Assembly (NCBI GenBank): GCA_964016885.1
Contig: OZ024761.1
Coordinates: 21,762,001-21,826,000, forward strand
DNA from: Eledone cirrhosa
Lineage: Eukaryota
Reading direction: 5' to 3'
DNA: 64,000 nucleotides
Shown here: piece after piece, positions 13,891 through 28,394 of the stretch
Layout: every line of letters begins with the position of its first letter
How positions within the stretch are numbered: position 1 is the stretch's first letter
Program-made: the position numbers and the translations under genes
Notes under the pieces: generated by a model
The model's input: only the letters and a program-made list of their open reading frames with translations
The model's database searches: none
Told to the model about the DNA's origin: nothing

Positions 13891-14418
13891 CATATATATA
13901 TATACCATCAAAATACCAGAGAAAGTTCTCCCCTGAAGTTAAGGCCTTACAAGGACTAATAACAATTAAGACATCTTGTGAAACATTGGATTAGTCAACC
14001 ATTAGTAGTCCACCTTGTACCATAGTTTAAGTGGCTGAGTATTCCACAGATACTGTGTACATTTAATGAAGTTCTCAGGGAGATTCTGAGAACAGAAGTA
14101 ACCACACTAAACCCCAAATAAAGAAAGTAAAAAAAACAAAGGACAGGTAGGTAGTGCCTTGGTTACTGAAGCATAATGTAGTATAGTCTATTATAATTTA
14201 TGATAATGTATGATTATAATTTATGATAATGTATGATTATAATTTATGATAATGAGCTAAATTTCAAAGGAAATATGCATTGAAAAATGTACAGAATGCA
14301 GATTATTTGTTAAATAATGAACAGAATAGAGAATGTGAAAATAAATAGGGGATTGTGTTGAAGTGTGAAAAACTGGGTTTCTAGGCCATCTATACCAGAC
14401 ATATATATACACGGATAT

Positions 14419-14459
<41 letters not shown>

Positions 14460-14499
14460 GAAGTAGTTCCATAACAGTTAGTTCACCAGGCCATGTATA

Positions 14500-16065
14500 C
14501 CAGAAAATATATACTACATAGACATATATATATATACAGACATATATACTACATAGAGACATATATACTACATACAGACATATATATATATACAGACATA
14601 TATACTACATACAGACATATATATATATACAGACATATACATACATACAGACATATATATATATACAGGCATATATATACTACATACAGACATATATATA
14701 CATACAGACATATATATATATACAGGCATATATATACTACATACAGACATATACATACATACAGACATATATATACATACAGACATATACATACATACAG
14801 ACATATATACAGACATATATATATACAGACATATATACTACATACAGACATATATATATATACAGACATATACATACATACAGACATATATACATACAGA
14901 CATATATATATATACAGGCATATATATACTACATACAGACATATATATATATATATACAGACATATATATATATATACAGACATATATATATATATACAG
15001 ACATATATATATATACAGACATATATATATATACAGACATATATATATATACAGACATATATATATATACAGACATATATATATATACAGACATATATAT
15101 ATATACAGACATATATATATATACAGACATATATATATATACAGACATATATATACATACAGACATATATATATATATATATACAGACATATATACTACA
15201 TACAGACATATATATATATACAGACATATATATATATATACAGACATATATATATATACAGACATATATATATATACAGACATATATATATATACAGACA
15301 TATATATATATACAGACATATATACTACATACAGACATATATATATATACAGACATATATATATATACAGACATATATATATATATACAGACATATATAT
15401 ATATACAGGCATATATATATATATACAGACATATATACTACATACAGACATATATATATATACAGACATATATATATATACAGACATATATATATATATA
15501 CAGACATATATACTACATACAGACATATATATATATACAGACATATATATATATATATAGACATATATATATATACAGACATATATACTACATACAGACA
15601 TATACATACATACAGACATATATATATATACAGACATATATATATACATACAGACATATATACTACATACAGACATATATATATATATACAGACATATAT
15701 ATATACATACAGACATATATATATATATACAGACATATATACTACATACAGACATATATATATATACAGACATATATATATATATATAGACATATATATA
15801 TATACAGACATATATACTACATACAGACATATACATACATACAGACATATATACTACATACAGACATATATATATATACAGACATATATATATATACAGA
15901 CATATATATATACATACAGACATATATATATATACAGACATATATATATATACAGACATATATACTACATACAGACATATATATATATACAGACATATAT
16001 ATATATACAGACATATATACTACATACAGACATATATATATATACAGACATATATATATATATAT
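14500..16065. repeat. ACAGACAT-(AT)n compound microsatellite array
   Basis: Direct inspection. Confidence 0.95.
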
Positions 16066-16167
16066 AGTGAAATAAAATAACAAGGGTGTGGTTACTCCTT
16101 CATACCGTATATTGGTTGGTGACGCACGTTTCACCACTGATCCAAGTTACACTCCCTGGATATATAT

Positions 16168-16221
<54 letters not shown>

Positions 16222-16230
16222 ATGTGTGTG

Positions 16231-16487
16231 TGTGTATGTTCATACATACACATACACATACATATATATATACATGCAGCAAAAATGTCCAAGTGCAGGA
16301 ATAAGAAAACAGCACTCAATCTGCTGTACGAGAAGTAATGTATTATTTACGTGTATGATTCATACACGTAAATAATACATTACTTCTCGTACAGCAGATT
16401 GAGTGCTGTTTTCTTATTCCTGCACTTGGACATTTTTGCTGCATGTATATATATATGTATGTGTATGTGTATGTATGAACATACACA
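16231..16487. repeat. Perfect palindrome, 128-bp arms, 1-nt loop at 16359
   Basis: CATGCAGCAAAAATGTCC...GTGTATGA T TCATACAC...GGACATTTTTGCTGCATG. Confidence 0.92.
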
Positions 16488-16512
16488 TACACATACATAC
16501 ACACACACACAC

Positions 16513-16561
<49 letters not shown>

Positions 16562-16787
16562 ACTATATATATATATATCACCATTTAACATACATTTTTG
16601 CTGCTAGCAAGGGTTGGATGGGTAATCAAAGACCAAGTCAGTACTAACCTTAAAGATGGCAACATAGATATCTCACTTATGTCCCCATACTTTACAGAGA
16701 GTACTGGGTGCATTTTATCATGACACTAGGGAAGTTGTCATATCTTTGAGATAACTGAACAGTCCTCTTGACACTTTGGCTAAATAC

Positions 16788-17195
16788 CCTTCCTATCACC
16801 ACATTACAGAGTGTACTGGGTGTCCTTCCTATCACCACATTACAGAGTGTACTGGGTGTCCTTCCTATCACCACATTACAGAGTGTACTGGGTGTCCTTC
16901 CTATCACCAACCACATTACAGAGTGTACTGGGTGTCCTTCCTATCACCACATTACAGAGTGTACTGGGTGTCCTTCCTATCACCAACCACATTACAGAGT
17001 GTACTGGGTGTCCTTCCTATCACCAACCACATTACAGAGTGTACTGGGTGTCCTTCCAATCACCACATTACAGAGTGTACTGGGTGTCCTTCCTATCACC
17101 ACATTACAGAGTGTACTGGGTGTCCTTCCTATCACCACATTACAGAGTGTACTGGGTGTCCTTCCTATCACCACATTACAGAGAGTACTGGGTGT
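16788..17195. repeat. 36/40-bp minisatellite, about 11 copies, derived from a SINE segment
   Basis: CCTTCCTATCACC(AACC)ACATTACAGAGTGTACTGGGTGT versus SINE A CCTTCCTAACACCAACCTCATTTACAGTGAGTGCTGGGTGC. Confidence 0.9.
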
Positions 17196-17361
17196 GTTTT
17201 ATTATGGAAGGTTGTTTTGTCTTCGAAAGAACTAAAGAATGATTCAAACCCTATGTTTGTAAGTTTTATATACACACACAGACACACACACAGTGTGTTT
17301 CACAGCATAAAAGTTAGAAGTGCAGTATAAAAGTACTTCTAAGTACACTGGTATATCAGTG

Positions 17362-17665
17362 AAGTGACAGAGAGACACACCTATACACATACATCTACAC
17401 ATACACAGTGTATGTGACAGAGACACACCTATACACATACATCTACACATACACAGTGTATGTGACAGAGACACACCTATACACATACATCTACACATAC
17501 ACAGTGTATGTGACAGAGAGACACACCTATACACATACATCTACACATACACAGTGTATGTGACAGAGAGACACACCTATACACACACATCTACACATAC
17601 ACAGTGTATGTGACAGAGAGACACACCTATACACACACATCTACACATACACAGTGTATGTGACA
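17362..17665. repeat. About 58-60-bp tandem repeat, about 5 copies
   Basis: GTGACAGAGAGACACACCTATACACATACATCTACACATACACAGTGTAT. Confidence 0.88.
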
Positions 17666-18344
17666 GTATAAAGTTTACTTCTAAGTACACCGGTATATTT
17701 GTATTCTTCATATTGTGAAATAGAGATTTGTCTTTTACAACAGAGACCCCAGTTACATCTGATAGTGCCCCAGGGTGTTAAGACTCAACGTTTGGGAACC
17801 CTTAATATCTTAATAAAGGAACAAATACTATTCTGAAAACCTCTTCTCTCTCACAATTTTCTTGGAGTAGAAATGTGTCAAGTAGCAAGACATTGTGTTG
17901 GAACACGGTGAGAAAGGATGGTAGCCATAGCTATTTCCAGTTGAGGTGGACAGTAGGCAATTACTGGGTCAATCAGTATAGAGAATATTCACTGCCATTG
18001 GTATGACAGGGGGGGGGGGGGGGAGAGTTAGCAGTCCACAAAATACAGAACACATCAGATAGGGCCTCTTGTTGGCTGTGGAGCATGAGAGAGAGGAGAT
18101 AAACTGGGAACCAGGAGGAGAAGATGGGCAGGGATTTGGCCACCATGGCTGACCCAATGACGAGAGGTTGTTATGGTTGGATACTGTCAGATGACTTCAA
18201 CAACTCCTGGCTTGGCCTACAGTCACCAAACGTGAATGGATGTGAGTCATCTTCTTTGAGAAGTAATTATCTTTTATGTAAAAACCAATTCTTTCTCACA
18301 ATGTGTAGCAAAAAAAAAGAAAAAACAAGGCAGAGGTTATCAGA

Positions 18345-18600
18345 CAGGACAAATATTATGGGGAAATAATGGATATCTCATAGGACAAACATGGGGAAAT
18401 AAGGGATATCTCATAGGCCAAACATGGGAAAATAAAGGATATCTCATAGGACAAACATGGGGAAATAAGGGATATCTCATAGGCCAAACATGGGGAAATA
18501 AGGGATATCTCATAGGCCAAACATGGGAAAATAAAGGATATCTCATAGGACAAACATGGGGAAAATAAAGGATATCTCATAGGACAAAGATTATGAGGAA
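18345..18600. repeat. 39-bp tandem repeat, about 6 copies
   Basis: GGATATCTCATAGG(A/C)CAAACATGGG(G/A)AAATAA(G/A). Confidence 0.9.
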
Positions 18601-18763
18601 AATGTAAAAGAGACAAGGTGGCACCCCACAGTTGTACCATGGGTTGAAACAATACAAAGTTTATGATGAACATTATTATTATAGCAATATTGAACATTAT
18701 CATTATAAGTATATATTAAGTTTTGAACATTATTATAATACAGGGCGTATCAAAAATGCTATA

Positions 18764-18996
18764 TTAACCCTTTAGTGTTTAAACTGGCCATATCTGGCCA
18801 GAATTCTCTCACCTTTTTCTGTTCAAACCGGCTGTAACTGGCCGTAATCAGCCACTCATACTGATGTTAAGGTATTGTTCTCAAAATAAATAATATCAAA
18901 ATTTCATAGATTCGATATTATATGAGATATTATGTGAGGTAAAACCTTTACCATGAAAATAGTATATATAGAGTAATGTAAATGGTAAAGGGTTAA
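18764..18996. mobile_element. piggyBac-like MITE (TTAA target sites), unexpanded copy
   Basis: TTAA-CCCTTTAG...TAAAGGG-TTAA; reverse-complement homolog of 53197-54778. Confidence 0.8.
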
Positions 18997-19169
18997 GGCT
19001 GTATTATTTAAACAAATGACAATATTACCATGTGGTAACTTGTACAATGTCTGAATATAAAGTTTTATTATTTTTTTATAACTTTTATAAATATTTATAA
19101 AGCTATTTACATATTGAGCATTTGTAAACATTGTAAATAAAATAGGATGATTCTTTTTTATATACCTTG

Positions 19170-20350
19170 AATATGGTAAGTTACTGATAAACATTATTAT
19201 AACTATAGGGTAAGTTACTGATAAACATTATTATTATAACTATAGGGTAAGTTTTGAACATTATTATTATAACTATAGGGTAAGTTTTGAACATTATTAT
19301 TATAACTATAGGGTAAGTTTTCAACATTATTATTATAACTATAGGGTAAGTTTTGAACATTATTATTATAACTACATTGTAAGTTTTGAACATTATTATT
19401 ATAACTACATTGTAAGTTTTCAACATTATTATTATAACTATATGGTAAGTTTTGAACATTATTATTATAACTATAGGGTAAGTTTTGAACATTATTATTA
19501 TAACTATAGGGTAAGTTTTCAACATTATTATTATAACTACATTGTAAGTTTTGAACATTATTATTATAACTACATTGTAAGTTTTCAACATTATTATTAT
19601 AACTATATGGTAAGTTTTGAACATTATTATTATAACTATAGGGTAAGTTTTCAACATTATTATTATAACTATATGGTAAGTTTTGAACATTATTATTATA
19701 ACTATAGGGTAAGTTTTCAACATTATTATTATAACTACATTGTAAGTTTTCAACATTATTATTATAACTATATGGTAAGTTTTGAACATTATTATTATAA
19801 CTATAGGGTAAGTTTTGAACATTATTATTATAACTACATTGTAAGTTTTCAACATTATTATTATAACTATATGGTAAGTTTTGAACATTATTATTATAAC
19901 TATATGGTAAGTTTTGAACATTATTATTATAACTACATGGTAAGTTTTCAACATTATTATTATAACTATATGGTAAGTTTTGAACATTATTATTATAACT
20001 ATAGGGTAAGTTTTCAACATTATTATTATAACTACATTGTAAGTTTTCAACATTATTATTATAACTATAGGGTAAGTTTTGAACATTATTATTATAACTA
20101 TAGGGTAAGTTTTCAACATTATTATTATAACTATAGGGTAAGTTTTGAACATTATTATTATAACTACATTGTAAGTTTTGAACATTATTATTATAACTAC
20201 ATTGTAAGTTTTCAACATTATTATTATAACTACATTGTAAGTTTTCAACATTATTATTATAACTACATTGTAAGTTTTCAACATTATTATTATAACTACA
20301 TTGTAAGTTTTCAACATTATTATTATAACTACATGATAAGTTTTGAACAT
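19170..20350. repeat. 33-bp AT-rich minisatellite, about 35 copies
   Basis: AACATTATTATTATAACTA(TAGG/CATT/TATG)GTAAGTTTT(G/C). Confidence 0.95.
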
Positions 20351-20854
20351 TTAGCCTCGCCATCACCTGAGGTAACGCTGCGAGTGTGCTGGCTTGCCTC
20401 AAAAACCATTTGAGAGGTTGCCCGGTACTCCTCGCTGCTGTCTTTTGCTCTGGTGTTGGCTCGGTTGTTCACCCCTTCCTTTACATTTTCTTTAATATTG
20501 CAACATTAAAAGAATATATCCTTCTGAAAGAATCGCGAGCAATTTCTAATGTTATCTAAGCATTTGTAATGTTATTTATGTATATTTTTAAAACATATTT
20601 GTTATGTTATTCTACTGCAAATTTATTTATATGCTCTGCATAATAAAAATAATTTATACATTATTATGTCTATATGGTAAGTTTTAAACATTATCGTTAT
20701 AACTATATGGTAAGTTTTAAACATTAATTATTATAACCATATAGTAAGTTAAGATATTGCTATAAAAACCCTTTGTTTTGATTATTTTTTGGCTTCAGTG
20801 ACAAAACACCACAAAAAATGTGTGAAATCGATAGAAATATTTTTAATAGAGTTT

Positions 20855-20898
<44 letters not shown>

Positions 20899-21016
20899 GT
20901 ATGTATAAACACATAAAGAAATGCATTTTGTGGCATGATGTAGACAAACTGAATTTAAAAATATTCAGATTACAAATATATTAGATAAATATATATATAA
21001 ATAAATAAATATTATA

Positions 21017-21077
<61 letters not shown>

Positions 21078-21335
21078 GTTTCTGCAAACAGGGTGATTTA
21101 ACAAAATATACAGCCATAGAAAGTTATTTGGCCAAAATAACAAGACAGTCAGCCGAATCTCTTACAGATTATTTAAATATACTCAAGCGAGCAAAGTTGT
21201 TAAACAAAATCTTTGGTAAAATTTCAGAAAAACCCACATCTATACAGTGCTCGATATATACAGAGATAGCTGTGGTTAGAGCCATGAATACTTTGTGTCT
21301 GGATATATATATGTGTATATATATATATATATGTG

Positions 21336-21382
<47 letters not shown>

Positions 21383-21677
21383 TCTGGGTTCAATCGGGGG
21401 TAACCACAGTAAGGTACTCAATACATTAGTAGAGTATATACAATATTTAATATACAAAGGCTTCTACAGGACTAGAACCGTTTCATTTGAAGGAAATCAT
21501 CGGGAAAGCCCTTTCCCGATGATTTCCTTCGAATCAAATAGTTCTAGTCCTGTAGAAGCCATTTCTCTCTATATATATATATGGCTTCTACAGGACTAGA
21601 ACTGTTTCATTCATACTCTGCTATGTATTGAGTACCTTACTTACTGTGGTTACTCCCGATTGAACCCAGGATAAACT

Positions 21678-21755
<78 letters not shown>

Positions 21756-21770
21756 TATATATATATAAAT

Positions 21771-21803
<33 letters not shown>

Positions 21804-22052
21804 AATAAATATATATATAAATAAATATATATATATATATATATATATATGAATATAGACATAGAATATTCGAAAATATTCTGTATGTTTATAATAAACA
21901 TTTTGAAGACCTAATCGCTATAGAATAGCGATTCCAATATATATATATTCCAATATATATATATATATATATATATATTCCAATATATATATATATATAT
22001 ATACATATATATATAGATATATATATATATATAGATATAGATATATATATAT

Positions 22053-22115
<63 letters not shown>

Positions 22116-22218
22116 TATATATATATAAATATATAGATATAAATATATATATATATATAAATAAATATATATATAAATAAATATATATATATATATAAAT
22201 AAATATATATATAAATAA

Positions 22219-22299
<81 letters not shown>

Positions 22300-22739
22300 A
22301 ATACACATTTACCTACATATATATATATATATATATACATATATGCACATATATATATATATACATATATGCACATGTATGTATATATACATATATGCAC
22401 ATGTATGTATACACATATACATACATACAGAAATGACTCTAAAACAGCTCCTGAATATATATATATATAAAATATAAATAATATACATACATGACTATAT
22501 AATGGCTACAAGGTGTATAATACACGTGTTAGTGGAAAAACTGTTCAAAAGAACTGTTAATATCACAGTAAAGCAGGAATATCTATATACAGCAGTGTTG
22601 GTTAGTTTAGAAAATATACTCCAGCTGGCCTGTGGCTGTCTATATATGTATATGTGTGTGTGTGTGTGTGTGTGGGTGTGTGGGTGTGTGGATGTGTGGG
22701 TGTGTAAGTGGGTGTGTGGGTGTATATATATGGTGACTG

Positions 22740-23680
22740 CAATGGTAGTGTTTGTGGTGGTGATAGTAGTCATAGTGGCAGTGGTGGTGGTGGTGGTGGT
22801 GGTGGTGGTGGTGGTGGTGGTGTGGTGGTGGTGGTGGTGGTGGTAGTGGCGGTGGTGGTGGTGGTGGTGGTGGTGGTGGTGTGGTGGTGGTGGTGGTGGT
22901 GGTGGTGGTGGTGGTGGTGGTGGTGGTGTGGTGGTGGTGGTGGTGGTGTGGTGGTGGTTGTGGTGGTGGTGGTGTGGTGGTAGTGGCGGTGGTGGTGGTG
23001 GTTGTGGTGGTGGTGGTGGTGGTGGTAGTGGTGGTGGTGGTTGTGGTGGTGGTTGTGAGGTGGTGGTGGTGGTGGTGGTGGTGGTGGTGGCGGTGGTGGT
23101 GGTGGGTGTGGTGGTGGTGGTGTGGTGGTGGTGGTGTGGTGGTGGTGGGTGGAGGTAGTGGTGTTGTTGTTGGTGGTGGTGGGTGGTGGTGGTGGTGGTG
23201 GTGGCGGTGGTGGGTGGAGGTGGTGGTGGTTATTGGTGGTGGTGGTAATGTGGGGTAGTGGTGCGGTAGGTGGGGGTAGTGGTGGGGTAGGTGGTGGTGG
23301 GGTAGGTGTGAAGTATCACAGAGAGGGAGAGAAGGGGTGGAATGACAGAGGGTAGGGAGATTATCAGAAATACAGGTGTGCGTATGTCTGTGTATACATG
23401 TGTGTGTATACATGTGTGTGTATATATACATGTGTGTGTATACATGTGTGTGTATGTATGTCTGTGTGTGTATGTGTGTGTATGTATGTCTGTGTGTGTA
23501 TACATGTGTGTGTATGTATGTCTGTGTGTGTGTGTATGTCTGTGTATACATGTGTGTGTATGTCTGTGTATGTATACATGTGTGTATGTGTGTGTATACA
23601 TGTCTGTGTATGTATACATGTGTGTGTATGTATGTCTGTGTGTGTCTGTGTGTGTCTGTGTGTATGTCTGTGTATGTGAG
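22740..23680. repeat. (GGT)n followed by (GT/GTAT)n microsatellites
   Basis: Direct inspection. Confidence 0.95.
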
Positions 23681-23961
23681 TGTGATAGTAGGGTGGTGAA
23701 GTACCCCACCCTAGAGTGGCTAAGTACCCCACCCCAGAGTGACTCAGTACCCCACCCTAGGGGGACTAGGTACCCCACCCCAGAGTGGCTAAGTACCTCA
23801 CCCCAGGGGCACTATGTACCCCACCCCCGAGTGGCTAAGTACCCCACCCGGGGGGGAATGGATGGATGAGGTGGTCAGTTATGTTAGTGAATGTAGCTGG
23901 AAGCGAATGGCCGGCCGGAGAGAAAGTTAGTCCATGGTTTCATAGTGTCCACATCTCTTAC

Positions 23962-24124
23962 CTTGACCTCAAACAGTGAGGTGACTGGCCGGTGGTCACT
24001 GCTCTGGTAGGTGGGGTGGTGTTTGTAGTGCAGCTGTTTCACATCCAGGTGGACACCTTCGTAACTGTCGTCGTGGGACAGCCACAAGATTCTGTCACAC
24101 CACGCTGGCACACGCTGTTTTTCA
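23962..24124 (-). CDS. INPP5K: INPP5K exon 9 (EKQRVPAWCDRILW...SSDHRPVTSLFEVK)
   Basis: CTGCAG acceptor, AAG|GTAAGA donor; PAWCDRIL and SDHRPV catalytic motifs. Confidence 0.96.
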
Positions 24125-24171
24125 CTGCAGTAGAAGTAGTAGTAGTAGTTGTAGTGGTGGTGGTAGTAGTG

Positions 24172-24229
<58 letters not shown>

Positions 24230-24364
24230 CAGCAGCAGCAGCAGTAGTAGTAGAGTAGTAGTAGTAGTAGTAGTAGTCGTAGTAGTAGTAGTAGTAGTAG
24301 CAGCAGTAGTAGTAGTAGAGTAGTAGTAGTAGTAGCGGTGATGGTGGTGGTAGTGGTAGTAGTG

Positions 24365-24404
<40 letters not shown>

Positions 24405-24645
24405 CAGCAGCAGCAGTAGTAGTAGGAGTAGTAGTAGTAGTGATGGTGGTGGTAGTAGTAGTGGTGGTGGTGGTGATGGTGGTGGTGAAATAAGAGAAAG
24501 ACAAAAAGAAAGAGACAATGAGATAAAGAGAATGTTCCATGGTCATCATATCTGCCGCCATATTGGCAACAACAACAACAACAACAACAACAATACACAT
24601 GTGACCAACTTCCACACTATTTTTGTCTACCAAACTCCACCGACA

Positions 24646-26008
24646 AGACATTGGTCAGTCTGAGGCTACAGTAGAAGACACTTGACCAAGGTGATCCACA
24701 AGACATTGGTCAGTCTGAGGCTAGAGTAGAAGACACTTGACCAAGGTGACCCACAGTAGGACTGACCCACAAGACATTGGTCAGTCTGAGGCTAGAGTAG
24801 AAGACACTAGCCCAAGGTGACCCACAGTAGGACTGACCCACAAGACATTGGTCAGTCTGAGGCTACAGTAGAAGACACTAGCCCAAGGTGATCCACAAGA
24901 CATTGGTCAGTCTGAGGCTACAGTAGAAGACACTTGACCAAGGTGACCCACAGTAGGACTGACCCACAAGACATTGGTCAGTCTGAGGCTAGAGTAGAAG
25001 ACACTAGCCCAAGGTGACCCACAGTAGGACTGACCCACAAGACATTGGTCAGTCTGAGGCTAGAGTAGAAGACACTAGCCCAAGGTGACCCACAGTAGGA
25101 CTGACCCACAAGACATTGGTCAGTCTGAGGCTAGAGTAGAAGACACTAGCCCAAGGTAACCCACAGTAGGACTGACCCACAAGACATTGGTCAGTCTGAG
25201 GCTACAGTAGAAGACACTAGCCCAAGGTGACCCACAGTAGGACTGACCCACAAGACATTGGTCAGTCTGAGGCTAGAGTAGAAGACACTAGCCCAAGGTA
25301 ACCCACAGTAGGACTGACCCACAAGACATTGGTCAGTCTGAGGCTAGAGTAGAAGACACTAGCCCAAGGTGACCCACAGTAGGACTGACCCACAAGACAT
25401 TGGTCAGTCTGAGGCTAGAGTAGAAGACACTAGCCCAAGGTGACCCACAGTAGGACTGACCCACAAGACATTGGTCAGTCTGAGGCTACAGTAGAAGACA
25501 CTAGCCCAAGGTGACCCACAGTAGGACTGACCCACAAGACATTGGTCAGTCTGAGGCTAGAGTAGAAGACACTAGCCCAAGGTGACCCACAGTAGGACTG
25601 ACCCACAAGACATTGGTCAGTCTGAGGCTAGAGTAGAAGACACTAGCCCAAGGTGACCCACAGTAGGACTGACCCACAAGACATTGGTCAGTCTGAGGCT
25701 AGAGTAGAAGACACTAGCCCAAGGTGATCCACAGTAGGACTGACCCACAAGACATTGGTCAGTCTGAGGCTAGAGTAGAAGACACTAGCCCAAGGTGACC
25801 CACAGTAGGACTGACCCACAAGACATTGGTCAGTCTGAGGCTAGAGTAGAAGACACTAGCCCAAGGTGATCCACAGTAGGACTGACCCACAAGACATTGG
25901 TCAGTCTGAGGCTAGAGTAGAAGGCACTTGACCAAGGTGATCCACAGTAGGACTGACCCACAAGACATTGGTCAGTCTGAGGCTAGAGTAGAAGACACTA
26001 GCCCAAGG
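24646..26008. repeat. 71-bp minisatellite, about 19 copies, derived from a SINE head segment
   Basis: CCACAAGACATTGGTCAGTCTGAGGCTAGAGTAGAAGACACTAGCCCAAGGTGACCCACAGTAGGACTGAC; SINE-like sequence continues at both ends. Confidence 0.92.
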
Positions 26009-26432
26009 TAACATACAATGGGAGTAAACTCAAAACCATGTGATTGTGAATTCCTTAAGAGGCTAAACTTAGAAATATATATCACAGGTCCACGTTTGGT
26101 CATGAACGACTAAAGCTGGGCAACATGTGTGAACGACCAGCAGTGACCCATGTCTACCAATCTCTCCCCTCCACACCACCGATGTGGTCCAAGGGAAAAG
26201 TAATAGCCAAAACAGCTTGGCACCAGTGACATCACAACAAATTTCTACAGATGAGTGAACTGGAGCAACATGAAATAAAGTGTCTTGCTGAAGGACACAA
26301 TGTACCGCTCGGTCAAGGATTCAAACTCACAAAACGTACAGAGATAAATATACAGAAAGACAAGTACAAAGAGGTGTAATAAGTTTGACTGGCCCTGCCA
26401 TCCAAAATAAATCAGGTGTAAATATACCCTAC

Positions 26433-26542
26433 CTGGTATCATAGACATCAGACTCGGCATCAAATTTGTAGGTAGGAGGGAAGTTAATAGGTCCTTCCTT
26501 AAAGTCAACAAAAGCCAGGCCTTGCCCCCTCGTCTTGTTCAA
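26433..26542 (-). CDS. INPP5K: INPP5K exon 8 (LNKTRGQGLAFVDFKEGPINFPPTYKFDAESDVYDT-S)
   Basis: CTTTCAG acceptor, AG|GTAGGG donor; FxEGxxxFPPTYKFD motif. Confidence 0.96.
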
Positions 26543-26631
26543 CTGAAAGAGAGGATCAATAAGAATATTACAGGTTTCTTAAGTTTTAAACATTGTTTCT
26601 TGTATGGTTTTTGTTTGTTATGTTTTAAAGT

Positions 26632-26688
<57 letters not shown>

Positions 26689-27162
26689 ACAAACATACAT
26701 CCTCCTTATTATCATCATTGTTTTAACATGTTTTCTCCGCTAGCATGGGTTGGACAGGTCTACATGGACCAAGTCAGCACTGAAGCAAGGCTACTGACCT
26801 GCATTTGACATACATATGGTCTCACATTCTACCGAGTGCACAGGAGAGGTTGTCATGTCTTTGACACAACTGAAGGATTCTCCCAACCCTTTGTTTGGCC
26901 AGCTTTCTATGGCTAGATGCCCCTCCTATCACACACACACACATACACACACACATATATATATATAATAGCAGAACACTGGAGGTTTATATCTGTAGTG
27001 GTAGAGCACTCAGTCCATGGGACGAGTTTGCTAGAAGTAGTAAGACAACAGTTCACCATACCGAGATCAAATGTTTCAGCTTCATTCAGACCAAGCTGAA
27101 GATCCACATAAGGTGAAATAATTGTTCTCGGTATGGTGAACTAACTGTTGTGTGATTACTTC

Positions 27163-27219
<57 letters not shown>

Positions 27220-27405
27220 GAGATATGTCTAACCCATGCAAAACATGGAAAGACATACATTAAGCAATGATAATAATATATATGTGTTTATGTGTATGTA
27301 TGTGTTTGTGTGTATGCATGTATGTGTATGTGTGTGTGTGAGTGAAGGTAGTAAATAATCATGTGACTCGCCTGGTCATGTGACTCAGCTGGTCATGTGA
27401 CTTAC

Positions 27406-27517
27406 CTGGTCATAATGTAATAAATAGCTGTAATCCTTCTGTTTGATTCGTTTTAGGACTTCCTGACGAGGAAGGTCATCGAGTCTGAAGTTGAGGTCAC
27501 CCAACCACAGCACGTAA
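27406..27517 (-). CDS. INPP5K: INPP5K exon 7 (YVLWLGDLNFRLDDLPRQEVLKRIKQKDYSYLLHYDQ)
   Basis: CTACCAG acceptor, CAG|GTAAGT donor; catalytic WxGDLNFR motif. Confidence 0.96.
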
Positions 27518-27619
27518 CTGGTAGAGAAGACAGATAGATAGACAGACAGGTAGACACTGTGATGGGGGGGGGTGTCAAATATTGGCTTAGGAAGAACATA
27601 AATACATACACCTTCACTG

Positions 27620-27686
<67 letters not shown>

Positions 27687-27973
27687 CCAAAAGTTAAACA
27701 CGGTTCATTGATTACTCAATGAATATAGTTTTACAATAGATTAAAAGCACTCAACAGTAATGTTTTCTGGAGTTATTAATATTAATTCAAATATTAATAT
27801 TAATTCTGCCAAGACTGGTATTGAACCATCAGCACAGTTGAGGTATGTCACACATCAATTTATATATTTTATCTGATGAGGACATACTGAAAAAACAGCA
27901 CAGTACCTCCGAAATATATATAATAAAATATATTTTGATTACGTTGAATGTCTATATTTATTAATATTTTGAA

Positions 27974-28025
<52 letters not shown>

Positions 28026-28394
28026 TATATATAATAAATGTAATCTGAGTTTTTCGAATATTAATAATAATATTGGATTCGTGTGCAATCATGCTGACGT
28101 CAGAAGCTGAATACACCTGAATACACACTCTTTTCACCAGGTGTGATATCGCTGTTTCACCACCGTGAAACACGTCTGCTCGCATCAACACACCAAGTTG
28201 CAAAGAGTGCGTATTCAGCTACTGACGTCAGAACTAAGGGCAGTTAATCGACTGCCTCCTAAGTCAAAGCTAGGTGGCGTGATCTTCTACAATGCAAACA
28301 AGCCTCATTTTTAAAGCCATGTCAGTAGAATGAGCCCCTCATTCTTGCTCTTGTGTTGGCCTGTAAACAGAACTGTAGACACTAATGTTTCTGA

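Noticed and set aside
19181-20413. 320-395 aa repetitive ORFs (NNNVENLQCSY etc.)
   Set aside because: 33-bp (multiple of 3) minisatellite inside an intron, open in multiple frames on both strands.
24646-26008. CRISPR-like appearance of regular arrays (also 41468-42500, 28395-28895, 57-1222)
   Set aside because: No unique spacers, no cas genes, eukaryotic context; units are head-to-tail tandem repeats.
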